DNA from: Candidatus Woesearchaeota archaeon
Lineage (GTDB): Archaea; Nanobdellota; Nanobdellia; Woesearchaeales; GW2011-AR9
Length of the DNA stretch: 64,000 nt
Direction: 5' to 3'
Assembly (NCBI GenBank): GCA_016181265.1
Contig: JACOZP010000011.1
Span: forward strand, 6,127 to 70,126
The translations under genes were made by a program, and so were the position numbers. Under the pieces are notes generated by a model, which was not told the DNA's origin, ran no database searches, and saw nothing but the letters and a program-made list of their open reading frames with translations. Of this stretch, positions 45,186 to 53,742 are shown in pieces. The number at the start of each line of letters is the position of its first letter. The first letter of the stretch is position 1.

Positions 45186-46241
45186 CTATGCTCTTAGTTT
45201 GTATCTGAGAAGAGCCGTGATTCCCCCCAATCCATCTATCCGTTTGCCGCTGTCGTGTTCCGAGGTGATAATATGAATTTTTCCTTGGAGAGCGTCCACT
45301 TTCTTCATGAGATCGTCGAGTTCTTGATATCTCTTCTGCTCGCGATATTGTTTAATAGTTTTGTCGGTGACAATCAGTTCGCTAACCGCGCCAGCAAGAA
45401 CAGCTTTTTGTACTTCTTCCCAACCGTAGACAGCAAGATTATCTTTGTTGATCTCTTGCAGTACTTGTTCTACAAGAAGCTGTTCTTCTCTTGCTCTGCT
45501 TTGCTGAAGTACATCCTTGAGTTCTGGTCTTTTGATGACTTCATCTAACGCACTTTCGCTCACGTCAGAACAGGTGGCAAGAACAATTTTGCTTTTTAAT
45601 TCTTTGAGTGTGATTTTTTTGAGGACATCTTCTTTATAGAATGCGGGTGATGCGAGAATTATCTTCTCAGGAGTGTGGCGGTCGTTGTAGATTTCGATGG
45701 TTTTGATAATCTCTTCCTGAAAATCTTTTTTGACTTCAACTAGTTTAGACTTTTTAGGCACTTCTCCTTGCGTCTTGCTTAATACTTCATATCCAAACTT
45801 TTTAGTTAACGCGAATAGTGCTTCTTCACGATCGAAGACACAAAGAAGATACGAATACTTACTTTTTCCTGCCTCTTCTACTTTTTGTTTCTGGTGAATC
45901 AGCCATTGTTCTTTGATAATGGTACATTCATCCCCCATCTCTAAAGAGATGGATTGATAACTGCCGTGGGGGATATCTTCTGGTCCTTCTTTGATTGTTC
46001 CATTGATGCGCAGGGCATGACCCGCAGCGCTGAAGTCGATAGTTTCCGCTTCAATCGTTACGAGAAATGTTTTTTTTGCAACTTTGGCGTTTTCACTATC
46101 TCCAATCTTGATTTTACGGGTTGTGAAACTTGTAACTAAATCTCCGATGTCAATGATATGGCTGAGATACCAGAGATCGTCTGGATCGTTGATCTTGACG
46201 CGAACAGTTCCTTTTTTATAATCGGTTTTGAGCAGTTGCAT
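45186..46241 (-). CDS. pelA: mRNA surveillance protein Pelota
   Basis: MQLLKTDYKKGTVRVKINDPDDLWYLSHIIDIGDLV...LASPAFYKED...GITALLRY. eRF1-like three-domain size. Confidence 0.88.
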   Translation of the reverse strand: MQLLKTDYKKGTVRVKINDPDDLWYLSHIIDIGDLVTSFTTRKIKIGDSENAKVAKKTFLVTIEAETIDFSAAGHALRINGTIKEGPEDIPHGSYQSISLEMGDECTIIKEQWLIHQKQKVEEAGKSKYSYLLCVFDREEALFALTKKFGYEVLSKTQGEVPKKSKLVEVKKDFQEEIIKTIEIYNDRHTPEKIILASPAFYKEDVLKKITLKELKSKIVLATCSDVSESALDEVIKRPELKDVLQQSRAREEQLLVEQVLQEINKDNLAVYGWEEVQKAVLAGAVSELIVTDKTIKQYREQKRYQELDDLMKKVDALQGKIHIITSEHDSGKRIDGLGGITALLRYKLRA

Positions 46242-46261
46242 ACGTCTGTTGAAAGATATGT

Positions 46262-46283
46262 CCTATAAATAACTTTATATATT
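46262..46283. promoter_or_regulatory. back-to-back TATA boxes for pelA (minus) and the 46304 gene (plus)
   Basis: CTATAAATA is centred about 26 nt from 46241. CTTTATATAT is centred about 25 nt from 46304. Confidence 0.45.
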
Positions 46284-46303
46284 TCTAGTGTTTTAGAGGA
46301 ACG

Positions 46304-47518
46304 ATGGTGCATGTGGTGAGTACAGGTTTGTTGGGTGGTAAGAGAGGTCAAGCAGCAGGTAGTGCTGCGGTGTTTGTAGCGATCATTGCTGCACTTCTCG
46401 TTGCATTTATCATTCTTGTCAATCCTCAACAACGAGCAGAATTGTTAGGTGAACAAGGAACGACTTCTGTTGGCGGGACGACGGTTCCCTCCGGCTCGTT
46501 AGTCAAATCTTTATTAAAGGTTGCTCCCGGAAGAATTGATTATTTCAGCCAATCTGTGATCGAACATCCTCTTCCGGTGGTCACGATTCAAACGAGGACA
46601 GAAGCTAAAGTTCTTGCGGAGAAGAATGTGGTCTACGCAAAGAATGCTTTATTCTCCGACAAGGAAGATACGCTTTCTTTTTCTATTCCTGATTTAGCAA
46701 ATACAGGTAATGTTGTTCTGGGATTTCAGCTGCAAAGTTTAGAGGGATCTGTGATTGTTGCGGTTAACGGGGAGGAGGTCTTACGGACGGATGCGGGTGA
46801 GAAGATAAAACCTGTACTTATTCCACGTAATCTTCTGAGGGATGATAATATTCTTACGGTTACTGTTTCTTCGCCGGGAGCGGCATTTTGGCGGACGAAT
46901 TTTGTTAACATAGAGCATCTGCAGGTTGTTGCTGATGTGACGAGCTTGGAGGCCCAATCTTCCAAAAATGTTTTCCTTCTTTCAGAAGTGGAGAAAAAGA
47001 ATTTAGAGAAATTTGTATTAAAACTACGACCGCAATGCATCTATGGCAAAGTAGGAAAGTTATCCATTTTGGTGAATAGTAAAGAAGTGTATAATGGTCT
47101 TCCCGATTGCGACTTAGGTCTTCTTTCACTGGAATTGTCTCCTGAGAATACCCGTCAAGGAGAGAACGAAATTATCTTCTCTACGGAGAGTGGTCTTTAT
47201 GTATTAAATAATATTAATCTTATTTCAAGTCTACGCTCGATCGAATTCCCCACGTATTACTTTGAACTCTCCGAGGAAGATTATCAGAAAGTGATGAAGA
47301 ACGGTGTAAAAGCCCGTCTAGCCCTTAGTTTTGTGGATGTTGTGGCTGTAAAAGAAGCGGATATTTACTTTAATGGCCATCGTATTCCTTTTGATACTAA
47401 AGATGTCGTGTTTAATGTGGATGTGAATGATTTTGTCGTGCAAGGGAGCAATGCGGTTAAGATTAATCCACGTAAGACGCTAGAAGTTCGGGAATTGAGA
47501 TTGGATTTGATTAAGTAG
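46304..47518 (+). CDS. secreted/anchored protein with a class III (type IV pilin-like) signal-peptide-like N-terminus
   Basis: GGKRGQAAGSAAVFVAIIAALLVAFIILV is followed by a roughly 350-aa beta-rich ectodomain. Confidence 0.6.
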   Translation: MVHVVSTGLLGGKRGQAAGSAAVFVAIIAALLVAFIILVNPQQRAELLGEQGTTSVGGTTVPSGSLVKSLLKVAPGRIDYFSQSVIEHPLPVVTIQTRTEAKVLAEKNVVYAKNALFSDKEDTLSFSIPDLANTGNVVLGFQLQSLEGSVIVAVNGEEVLRTDAGEKIKPVLIPRNLLRDDNILTVTVSSPGAAFWRTNFVNIEHLQVVADVTSLEAQSSKNVFLLSEVEKKNLEKFVLKLRPQCIYGKVGKLSILVNSKEVYNGLPDCDLGLLSLELSPENTRQGENEIIFSTESGLYVLNNINLISSLRSIEFPTYYFELSEEDYQKVMKNGVKARLALSFVDVVAVKEADIYFNGHRIPFDTKDVVFNVDVNDFVVQGSNAVKINPRKTLEVRELRLDLIK

Positions 47519-47600
47519 GCGATTTTATTTGAGACAAGCCATTCTTCGTCGCAAGATTTTTATAGGTTCTGAACTTACGTCTTCCTGAAAAGAGGGAGAT

Positions 47601-49541
47601 ATGACTGCTGACGAAGATTCAAAAGAGAAAGACGCGGAAGGAGAGGAGGAAGTGGCTTCGGAGAAGAGAGAAGAGGCATCGGCCACCAAGAAAGAGGCTT
47701 CTGCGGTTAGCAAATTGGGTTCTTCTTTTAAAAAATGGGCGACAACATATGATAAAGAACGTGAAATCGCTCAGGCGCAGGCATTGAAACGCGGCGCGCA
47801 GAGTGTTGGGCGGACGGTTGGCACTCCGATGCTGGCTGCGGTCAAGACAAGCAGTATCTTACTTCTCCTGATTGGTATTGTCCATTATTTTCTTCGCTAT
47901 TTCTATGGTACTTCTACTGCTATTTTTATCATCTCTCTTGTTCTCTTTTTGATTGCAGGTTTTGCTCTTGCGGCACGTTTGGAAAAAGAACGGGTCGCTA
48001 TACTTTTACCAATGCTTCTGTTTGTGATTTGGTATTGGGTGTTTAATGCATCGATCAGTATCAGTATTATTCTCGGCTTTTTGATTATTGGAGGAATCAT
48101 CTTGGGCCTCATTGCGCTTCTGACAAAAGGAGAGAGCATTGCAGCTGAACTGATGGGATTTATCCCGGTTGTCTTCCTGTTTTTTGATGTGGGATTACTC
48201 TCGTTTTTAGTAGAAAAGTTAAATCTTACGATCACGCCGTTGATTGAAGTTCTGGTAGTATACATGCCTTGGTGGGCGTATCTTGGCTTGTTTACTCTTC
48301 CGGAACATGTGACGGAGAGCAAGTTCTTGGGCGGGTTGTTGGGTCTCTTGAAGGTGGTGGGATTTATGTATATCATTCTCTTGGTCATTTCCGTTGCTAT
48401 CCCGGGGGTAGGGTATGAAGAAGCGACGACAACAGTTCTTCCTTCTATCGAAGAGCTTGAACAAGCTCAAGGGCGAGTCCGAGGGCAAATTGATAAGGGC
48501 GAGAGTTCATTTATTTCTAATTTTATTTGTCTGACGACCGATCCCACTAATTTGAATGTGTGTGTGATAGCAAGACAGGCAAAAGTAAAATACCAAACTA
48601 CTTGTAATGCCAAAGAAGAAGTAAAACAAGGGGTGGTTTCGCTTGATGATTGTGTTGCTGAGGAAGAGAAAAAAGTTAAAGAGAATGTACAAGTAGCCGG
48701 AGCGGTCAATAAAGATGTCAAACCGACGGTCGCACGGATTGATATTCCTCCTGCGCCGCTGCAATATACAACCCGACCAGTTTATTCTGCGACGCTTCTC
48801 GTAGAGAATCCTCGTGCTGTAGAGTTGCATTTTGTTCTGAATTGTACGTTTAAGAGAGGGGTGGTGATCATTCCCGGTGAGGTTTCCGTGCAAGGGACGA
48901 CGGCACAAGAAGTTCCACTCCCCATCAAAGCAGAAGTTGCACAGATTCCGTTAACCTGTTCTCCAGCGAAGGATTTTACAGATAAAGAAAAAGCGGCATA
49001 TCAGATGATGATCCAAGCAACGATCCAGAAGATGGTAACGGAATCATCTTTAGAACGAGCTTTCTTGGGACAGGTAAGTGAAGAAGAGAGGGTCAAATTA
49101 ACTTCTCAAATCACTCGCGATCGCTTTTCGTCTGCACAGAAAGTGTATTCTAAAGCACCAGCGGAGTTCGCTCGTATCAATTTTGGATTTGGCAGTCCAG
49201 AGCAGAATCCTATTCTTACTTCAACTGATGTTCCGCGTTTTGTGTCTTCGGTGGAAAATGTTGGCGGGGGGAAGATTGTGGCGATCGAGGCGTATTCGTA
49301 TTCTTTACAAGAACGAGGATTCTCTGTCCGTAGTGGCCAACAAGATTGTTTGTCAGGGAAAAAGATAAAACTTCCGGAAGATGTACCTCCTTCGTTCGGG
49401 TTAGGAACGTGTTTCCTTACTCTCCCTGGTGATCTCAGCAGCTTTCAAGGGACACCCAAGATAGAAACCTTCTTTGCGAAGTTAGTGTACGATTATAGCA
49501 TCTCGCGTGAAGCGACAGTACAAGTGCAGGTGATCAGTTAG
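47601..49541 (+). CDS. polytopic membrane protein with an acidic N-terminal head and a family-A-like C-terminal ectodomain
   Basis: Starts with DEDSKEKDAEGEEEVASEKREE and has multiple TM spans across roughly aa 90-330. The C-terminus has VSSVENVGGGKIVAIEAY and AKLVYDYSISREATVQVQVIS. Confidence 0.6.
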   Translation: MTADEDSKEKDAEGEEEVASEKREEASATKKEASAVSKLGSSFKKWATTYDKEREIAQAQALKRGAQSVGRTVGTPMLAAVKTSSILLLLIGIVHYFLRYFYGTSTAIFIISLVLFLIAGFALAARLEKERVAILLPMLLFVIWYWVFNASISISIILGFLIIGGIILGLIALLTKGESIAAELMGFIPVVFLFFDVGLLSFLVEKLNLTITPLIEVLVVYMPWWAYLGLFTLPEHVTESKFLGGLLGLLKVVGFMYIILLVISVAIPGVGYEEATTTVLPSIEELEQAQGRVRGQIDKGESSFISNFICLTTDPTNLNVCVIARQAKVKYQTTCNAKEEVKQGVVSLDDCVAEEEKKVKENVQVAGAVNKDVKPTVARIDIPPAPLQYTTRPVYSATLLVENPRAVELHFVLNCTFKRGVVIIPGEVSVQGTTAQEVPLPIKAEVAQIPLTCSPAKDFTDKEKAAYQMMIQATIQKMVTESSLERAFLGQVSEEERVKLTSQITRDRFSSAQKVYSKAPAEFARINFGFGSPEQNPILTSTDVPRFVSSVENVGGGKIVAIEAYSYSLQERGFSVRSGQQDCLSGKKIKLPEDVPPSFGLGTCFLTLPGDLSSFQGTPKIETFFAKLVYDYSISREATVQVQVIS

Positions 49542-49542
49542 A

Positions 49543-50409
49543 ATGAAGAGAAAACGGTTAATTTTTGGACTGATGCTTCTTTTAGTCTTGGTCATCAGCG
49601 GTTGTGGCAGCGGCAGTGAGAATACACTTCAACGGAATTATAAGTTAGGATATGGCACGCCGACGTTAGTAATTGATGAGCAGCGTTCACCTTCTCTGGT
49701 GTATCAGAATCGACCGTTTTCACAGGTAATGACGTTGTTTAACAAAGCTGGTTACCCACTGCAGAATGTACGTGTGACGCTGGGCAGTTATGATCAAACA
49801 TTTCTCTCCGTGAATAATCCGCAGCAATTATTCTCTACAGTTGAAGCGAATAGCGCTTTCAATGATGATAACGGGGGCAGGGCAGATGTTTTGTTTAACG
49901 GCCAGGTGTTAGATCTGCATGGCGCCGAAGAGCGGCGGGAGCCGTATCGTCTTTATGTCGCGTATGATTCTAAGATGGAATTTGCACCGACGATCTGTGT
50001 GAATGTAGCGCGTTATGATGTCTTTGATGCGGGGTGCGAAATGCCGAAAAGGGCTCTTTCCTTTGCCGGGCAAGGAGCACCTTTGGCAGTAGTCTCCATG
50101 GAAGAGGTTATTGTTGGTGGGGATGTTCCAGAACTAGAACTGCGATTAAAAGTAGCAGATAAAGGAAATGGAGATGTTAAAGGTGTTAAATTAGGTCAGG
50201 CTCGTTTGGGAAATACTCCGTTGGTATGCCAGTTTAGGGATATGTTGGAAAATGTTGATAAGAGTTTTTCTTTCCGCAACAATCGCCGTGATGGAGAATT
50301 GTTATGTACGGCAACATTGTCTGAAAAGAATTCTTATCAGACGACACTGTTTATTGAATTTTTCTACAGCTATGATTTCAGTGTGGCAAAACAGCTAACG
50401 ATTAAATAG
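49543..50409 (+). CDS. secreted lipoprotein (paralog family A)
   Basis: Lipobox VISGCGSG, then VMTLFNKAGYPLQNV, VAYDSKMEFAPTICV, AGQGAPLAVVSM, LRLKVADKGNGDVKGV and LFIEFFYSYDFSVAKQLTIK. Starts 1 nt after the upstream stop. Confidence 0.65.
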   Translation: MKRKRLIFGLMLLLVLVISGCGSGSENTLQRNYKLGYGTPTLVIDEQRSPSLVYQNRPFSQVMTLFNKAGYPLQNVRVTLGSYDQTFLSVNNPQQLFSTVEANSAFNDDNGGRADVLFNGQVLDLHGAEERREPYRLYVAYDSKMEFAPTICVNVARYDVFDAGCEMPKRALSFAGQGAPLAVVSMEEVIVGGDVPELELRLKVADKGNGDVKGVKLGQARLGNTPLVCQFRDMLENVDKSFSFRNNRRDGELLCTATLSEKNSYQTTLFIEFFYSYDFSVAKQLTIK

Positions 50410-50554
50410 TGAGCGACAATGTTCAGGCATAAAAACATGTCACTCACTATATAGTAAACGACAAATGAGTTTTATTCTATCGTTTACTAAAACCGTAAAC
50501 TTTATATTGTTTCTTCTTCTTCTTTTGATTATTGTTTCAAAATGAGGTGTTGTG

Positions 50555-51910
50555 ATGATGAGAAAAATAATGTTGGTCTTTTTTTTTGCTTTGATAGTGG
50601 CGGTAGTCGTGGGCTGTCAGAGGGGAGTAGGCGATGAAAGTGGTGATGAAGCTAGTGCTTTAGCGGGGATGGCAGTGAGCTCAGAGGTTGGTGATTGTAA
50701 AAAAGCTACTGCTTGTCAAGCATTGTATAATCAGTGTTCAAATGAGAAGGCGTGTAGAACTACTTATACCAGTAGTCAAAATTCGTGTAAAAGCTTAGCG
50801 GGTTCTGTAAAGACTGATTGCCTTAAAGCAGCGATTAAAGTATACAGTGAATGTCTTAATGGCTGTTATGATTCGGCGATTGCGACGTGGAAAGAGAGTA
50901 AAACGGGGCCGTCTTCTTTCCTCTCTGCCGTGAAGTGGGGGGATATCAATAATGATGGCAAGGTTAGTTCCACAGACTTGCAATGTTATGCTCTTGCTTC
51001 TCAGAATTCGAGTGCTCCTTGTAGAAAGCAGTCGCTCGCTGATGCCGATTTAAATTGCGATAACATTATTACTGCTGCTGATCAGGCCATTGTAGCCAAT
51101 ATTATGACCGGCGGTTCTTTACCACAAGATGTGAATGTCAATGGTATTCCTGATTGTAAGGAAAAAAATGTCAAACCAATTGGCTCAACGTGTACGGATT
51201 CCGATAGTTCTGGAGCAGTACCAAAAACATCTGTTTTCAATCAGTCTGTTTATACAACTGGAAATGTATTAGCAAATGGGACTGTTACTTTTGATGACTA
51301 CTGTAGTAATGGCTATTGGTGGGACAAATCAGTATCTGGCACGAAAGTTTACGAGTGGTATTGTGATGCCGTTGCGGGGAACTCACTCGAGGGTTATGAC
51401 TGTTCTAAGGATGGTGCGACGTGTCAGAATGGTGCCTGTGTGAAAAAACAGCCGCAATGTCCAGCATGGATGACGACGGCAGGTGAAAATCAATGGGAAA
51501 TTATTTGTACCCAGAATCCAGTTAGTCCAGACAATACACCCGGCTCTTGGTCTGAAAAATGGCATGCTGCTCGCGTGAAATACGATAAAGATTGTAAACT
51601 TTCAGGACTAGATTACAACAAGACCTGCGGAGATACAGCAAATAGTTGTTCCACGGAAAAGGGCTGTATTGACTTATCAAGTGGGTTCGCTTGCTTTAGC
51701 TCCAATTCTGGGATGAATAGCACCGGACTATTTGATAATTCAGGAAACACTGCTAAGAGTTGTGTTGTTCCGAAGATGTATGAAACTTTAGGTTTAGATG
51801 AGTATACATCAACTTGGCAATGTAGAACAGATAACACAACATTTGCCGGATGTATGCCATTAAGCCAGTATGAAGGGCGATGTAAGGAAGCAGGCACATG
51901 TAGCAAGTAG
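50555..51910 (+). CDS. Cys-rich lipoprotein with dockerin-like calcium-binding repeats
   Basis: Lipobox VVVGCQRG and about 30 Cys. The two repeats are GDINNDGKVSSTDLQ and DADLNCDNIITAADQAIVANIM. GAGGTG lies 5 nt upstream of the ATG. Confidence 0.65.
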   Translation: MMRKIMLVFFFALIVAVVVGCQRGVGDESGDEASALAGMAVSSEVGDCKKATACQALYNQCSNEKACRTTYTSSQNSCKSLAGSVKTDCLKAAIKVYSECLNGCYDSAIATWKESKTGPSSFLSAVKWGDINNDGKVSSTDLQCYALASQNSSAPCRKQSLADADLNCDNIITAADQAIVANIMTGGSLPQDVNVNGIPDCKEKNVKPIGSTCTDSDSSGAVPKTSVFNQSVYTTGNVLANGTVTFDDYCSNGYWWDKSVSGTKVYEWYCDAVAGNSLEGYDCSKDGATCQNGACVKKQPQCPAWMTTAGENQWEIICTQNPVSPDNTPGSWSEKWHAARVKYDKDCKLSGLDYNKTCGDTANSCSTEKGCIDLSSGFACFSSNSGMNSTGLFDNSGNTAKSCVVPKMYETLGLDEYTSTWQCRTDNTTFAGCMPLSQYEGRCKEAGTCSK

Positions 51911-51913
51911 GAA

Positions 51914-51946
51914 TTTTTCTCTTTTTTTTCTTTTTATTTTTTCTTT
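51914..51946 (+). terminator. oligo-T tract after the Cys-rich lipoprotein gene
   Basis: TTTTTCTCTTTTTTTTCTTTTTATTTTTTCTTT starts 4 nt after the TAG. Archaeal terminators are oligo-T runs. Confidence 0.5.
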
Positions 51947-51995
51947 CGATCTTCATGGAAAGTTTTAAATAGTGAATGTATAATCAATAATACAT

Positions 51996-52586
51996 ATGTA
52001 TAATAAAATAAACATCACTGAGAACGGCTTACAAATTATTTCTTTATTTACCAATGGATTTGATAGAGAGTATTATATCCGGGAAGTTGAAAAATTGCTT
52101 AAAATAAGCCCTCGAACGGCACAGTTAATTCTCGAGGATTTAGAAAAAAAAGGGATTATAGAATCAAAAGTAAAAGGTAAAATCAAATCTTATAAGTTGA
52201 ACATAAATGAAGTAAGCAACAGATATCTTACATTAGTTGAGCAATACAAATCAATCGCTTTTATGGAAAAACATCTTCTTGTGAAAGAAGTTATAACTAA
52301 AATAAGTCAGGTTATTAATGGAATCGGTATTATTTTTGGAAGTTATGCGAAGGGAATAGCTCACGAGGAATCAGATTTAGATATTTTAGTTGTAGGGGAC
52401 TATGATAAAGAAGAAATTAAGAGAGTTTCGAGAAATTTAGGGATTGAAATTAGTGTCAAGTGTTATCCACTAAAGATATTTGAAAAAAATCTAAATCGTG
52501 ATATCTTTTTGAAAGAAGTATTGAAGAACCATATAGTTTTTAAAAATACGGAATTGTTTATTCAAACGGTGAGGGCGTATGGATAA
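51996..52586 (+). CDS. wHTH-fused minimal nucleotidyltransferase (MNT, antitoxin-like)
   Basis: GIIFGSYAKGIAHEESDLDILVVGD is the GS-x10-DxD NTase motif, preceded by an N-terminal wHTH-like region of about 80 aa. Confidence 0.75.
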   Translation: MYNKINITENGLQIISLFTNGFDREYYIREVEKLLKISPRTAQLILEDLEKKGIIESKVKGKIKSYKLNINEVSNRYLTLVEQYKSIAFMEKHLLVKEVITKISQVINGIGIIFGSYAKGIAHEESDLDILVVGDYDKEEIKRVSRNLGIEISVKCYPLKIFEKNLNRDIFLKEVLKNHIVFKNTELFIQTVRAYG

Positions 52587-53058
52587 AATAAAATGGTGTG
52601 TCGGAAAGAAAGAAGGTTTGAGTTTAATCGAACCTAATAAAAATCTTGCAGAAGCATACACCACGAAAGCTGAAGAAGCGTTAGAGTCAATGAGAGTAAA
52701 CGTCATAAAAGATTGGAAAATATCGACTGCATATTACACTCTTTATTTTTCTCTGTATTCCGTTCTGACGAAAATTGGTCTGAAATGTGAGATTCACTCT
52801 TGCACTCTGGCCTTTGCAAGGAGATTTCTGAGAGAATTTTTGAGTGAAGAAGATAGTGACTTTCTGGAGGATTCTCTAAAAGCAAGAATAGATTCTCAAT
52901 ATTATATTGACCGAACAGTTCCAGATGAGCAATATCATCAGATGATAAAGAAGGCTCCCCTATTTTTAGTAAAATGCAAGTCAATCTTAATTAAGCTTAA
53001 TGAAAAGAAGATAAACGAGATCAGAAGAGAATTTCAGAAAGCATTAACTGAGAAATAA
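52579..53058 (+). CDS. HEPN-domain protein (toxin-like partner of the MNT)
   Basis: Helical. AYYTLYFSLYSVLTKIGLKCEIHSCT...LKARIDSQYY. Overlaps the MNT gene by 8 nt. Confidence 0.7.
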   Translation: MDKIKWCVGKKEGLSLIEPNKNLAEAYTTKAEEALESMRVNVIKDWKISTAYYTLYFSLYSVLTKIGLKCEIHSCTLAFARRFLREFLSEEDSDFLEDSLKARIDSQYYIDRTVPDEQYHQMIKKAPLFLVKCKSILIKLNEKKINEIRREFQKALTEK

Positions 53059-53064
53059 ACAGAC

Positions 53065-53322
53065 CTACTTTTTCTTCTTCTTACTCTCTTTCTCTTTCTG
53101 CACTAATTCATCCAACTCCTTTTCATGAAAACCAATAATCATCTTACCATCTACTTCAATCGTTGGTGTGCAGATCTGGCTCGTCTTCTGAAGAATCTCG
53201 TCTCGTGCGTTGTCACTGTCTTCTAAGTCTTTTTCCATAAAAGAAACACGATGCTTTTTAAGCCATTGTTTGGCTTCTGCAGACCAGCGACAAGTAGGGG
53301 TTGTATAGATAGTGACTTCCAT
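53065..53322 (-). CDS. glutaredoxin-like protein (CxxS variant)
   Basis: VTIYTTPTCRWSAEAKQWLKKHRVSFMEKDL...TPTIEVDGKMIIGF. The second active-site Cys is replaced by Ser. Confidence 0.7.
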   Translation of the reverse strand: MEVTIYTTPTCRWSAEAKQWLKKHRVSFMEKDLEDSDNARDEILQKTSQICTPTIEVDGKMIIGFHEKELDELVQKEKESKKKKK

Positions 53323-53400
53323 TTTTGAGCTAATGTGGATAGGTTTATATATACTTTTTTGTTTAGTTTTACCATGGTTACGCTTCGGGGATGGGTGGTG

Positions 53401-53724
53401 ATGAATTTTTCCTTAGGTTTAATCATATTGCTTCTGGGTCTTTATCTGGCGGGGGTTACTATTCCTTCACTCGGTCAGGCGGCAACAATTCTTGATCGTT
53501 CGGCGCCGGTTTGTATCGTAGAATGGAACGATGATTTTGTGATGTGGGATGATCTGGATCATTGTTGTTTGGAGGCACGGAAGCAGTTGTCTTGCGAACG
53601 TGAAAAGAGGCTCATTGGTGTACAAGAAGTGACAGAAGTGTGTACGACGGGGAGAACAAGCGTGAAGTTTCATTTCAATGAGAAAGCATATTCCTATTGT
53701 CAAAGACAGGTTATTTGGTCGTAA
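53401..53724 (+). CDS. small secreted Cys-containing hypothetical protein
   Basis: Trimmed to the ATG at 53401. Signal-like MNFSLGLIILLLGLYLAGVTIPSLGQA. Confidence 0.45.
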   Translation: MNFSLGLIILLLGLYLAGVTIPSLGQAATILDRSAPVCIVEWNDDFVMWDDLDHCCLEARKQLSCEREKRLIGVQEVTEVCTTGRTSVKFHFNEKAYSYCQRQVIWS

Positions 53725-53742
53725 GAAGAGAGATTGGTGAAG

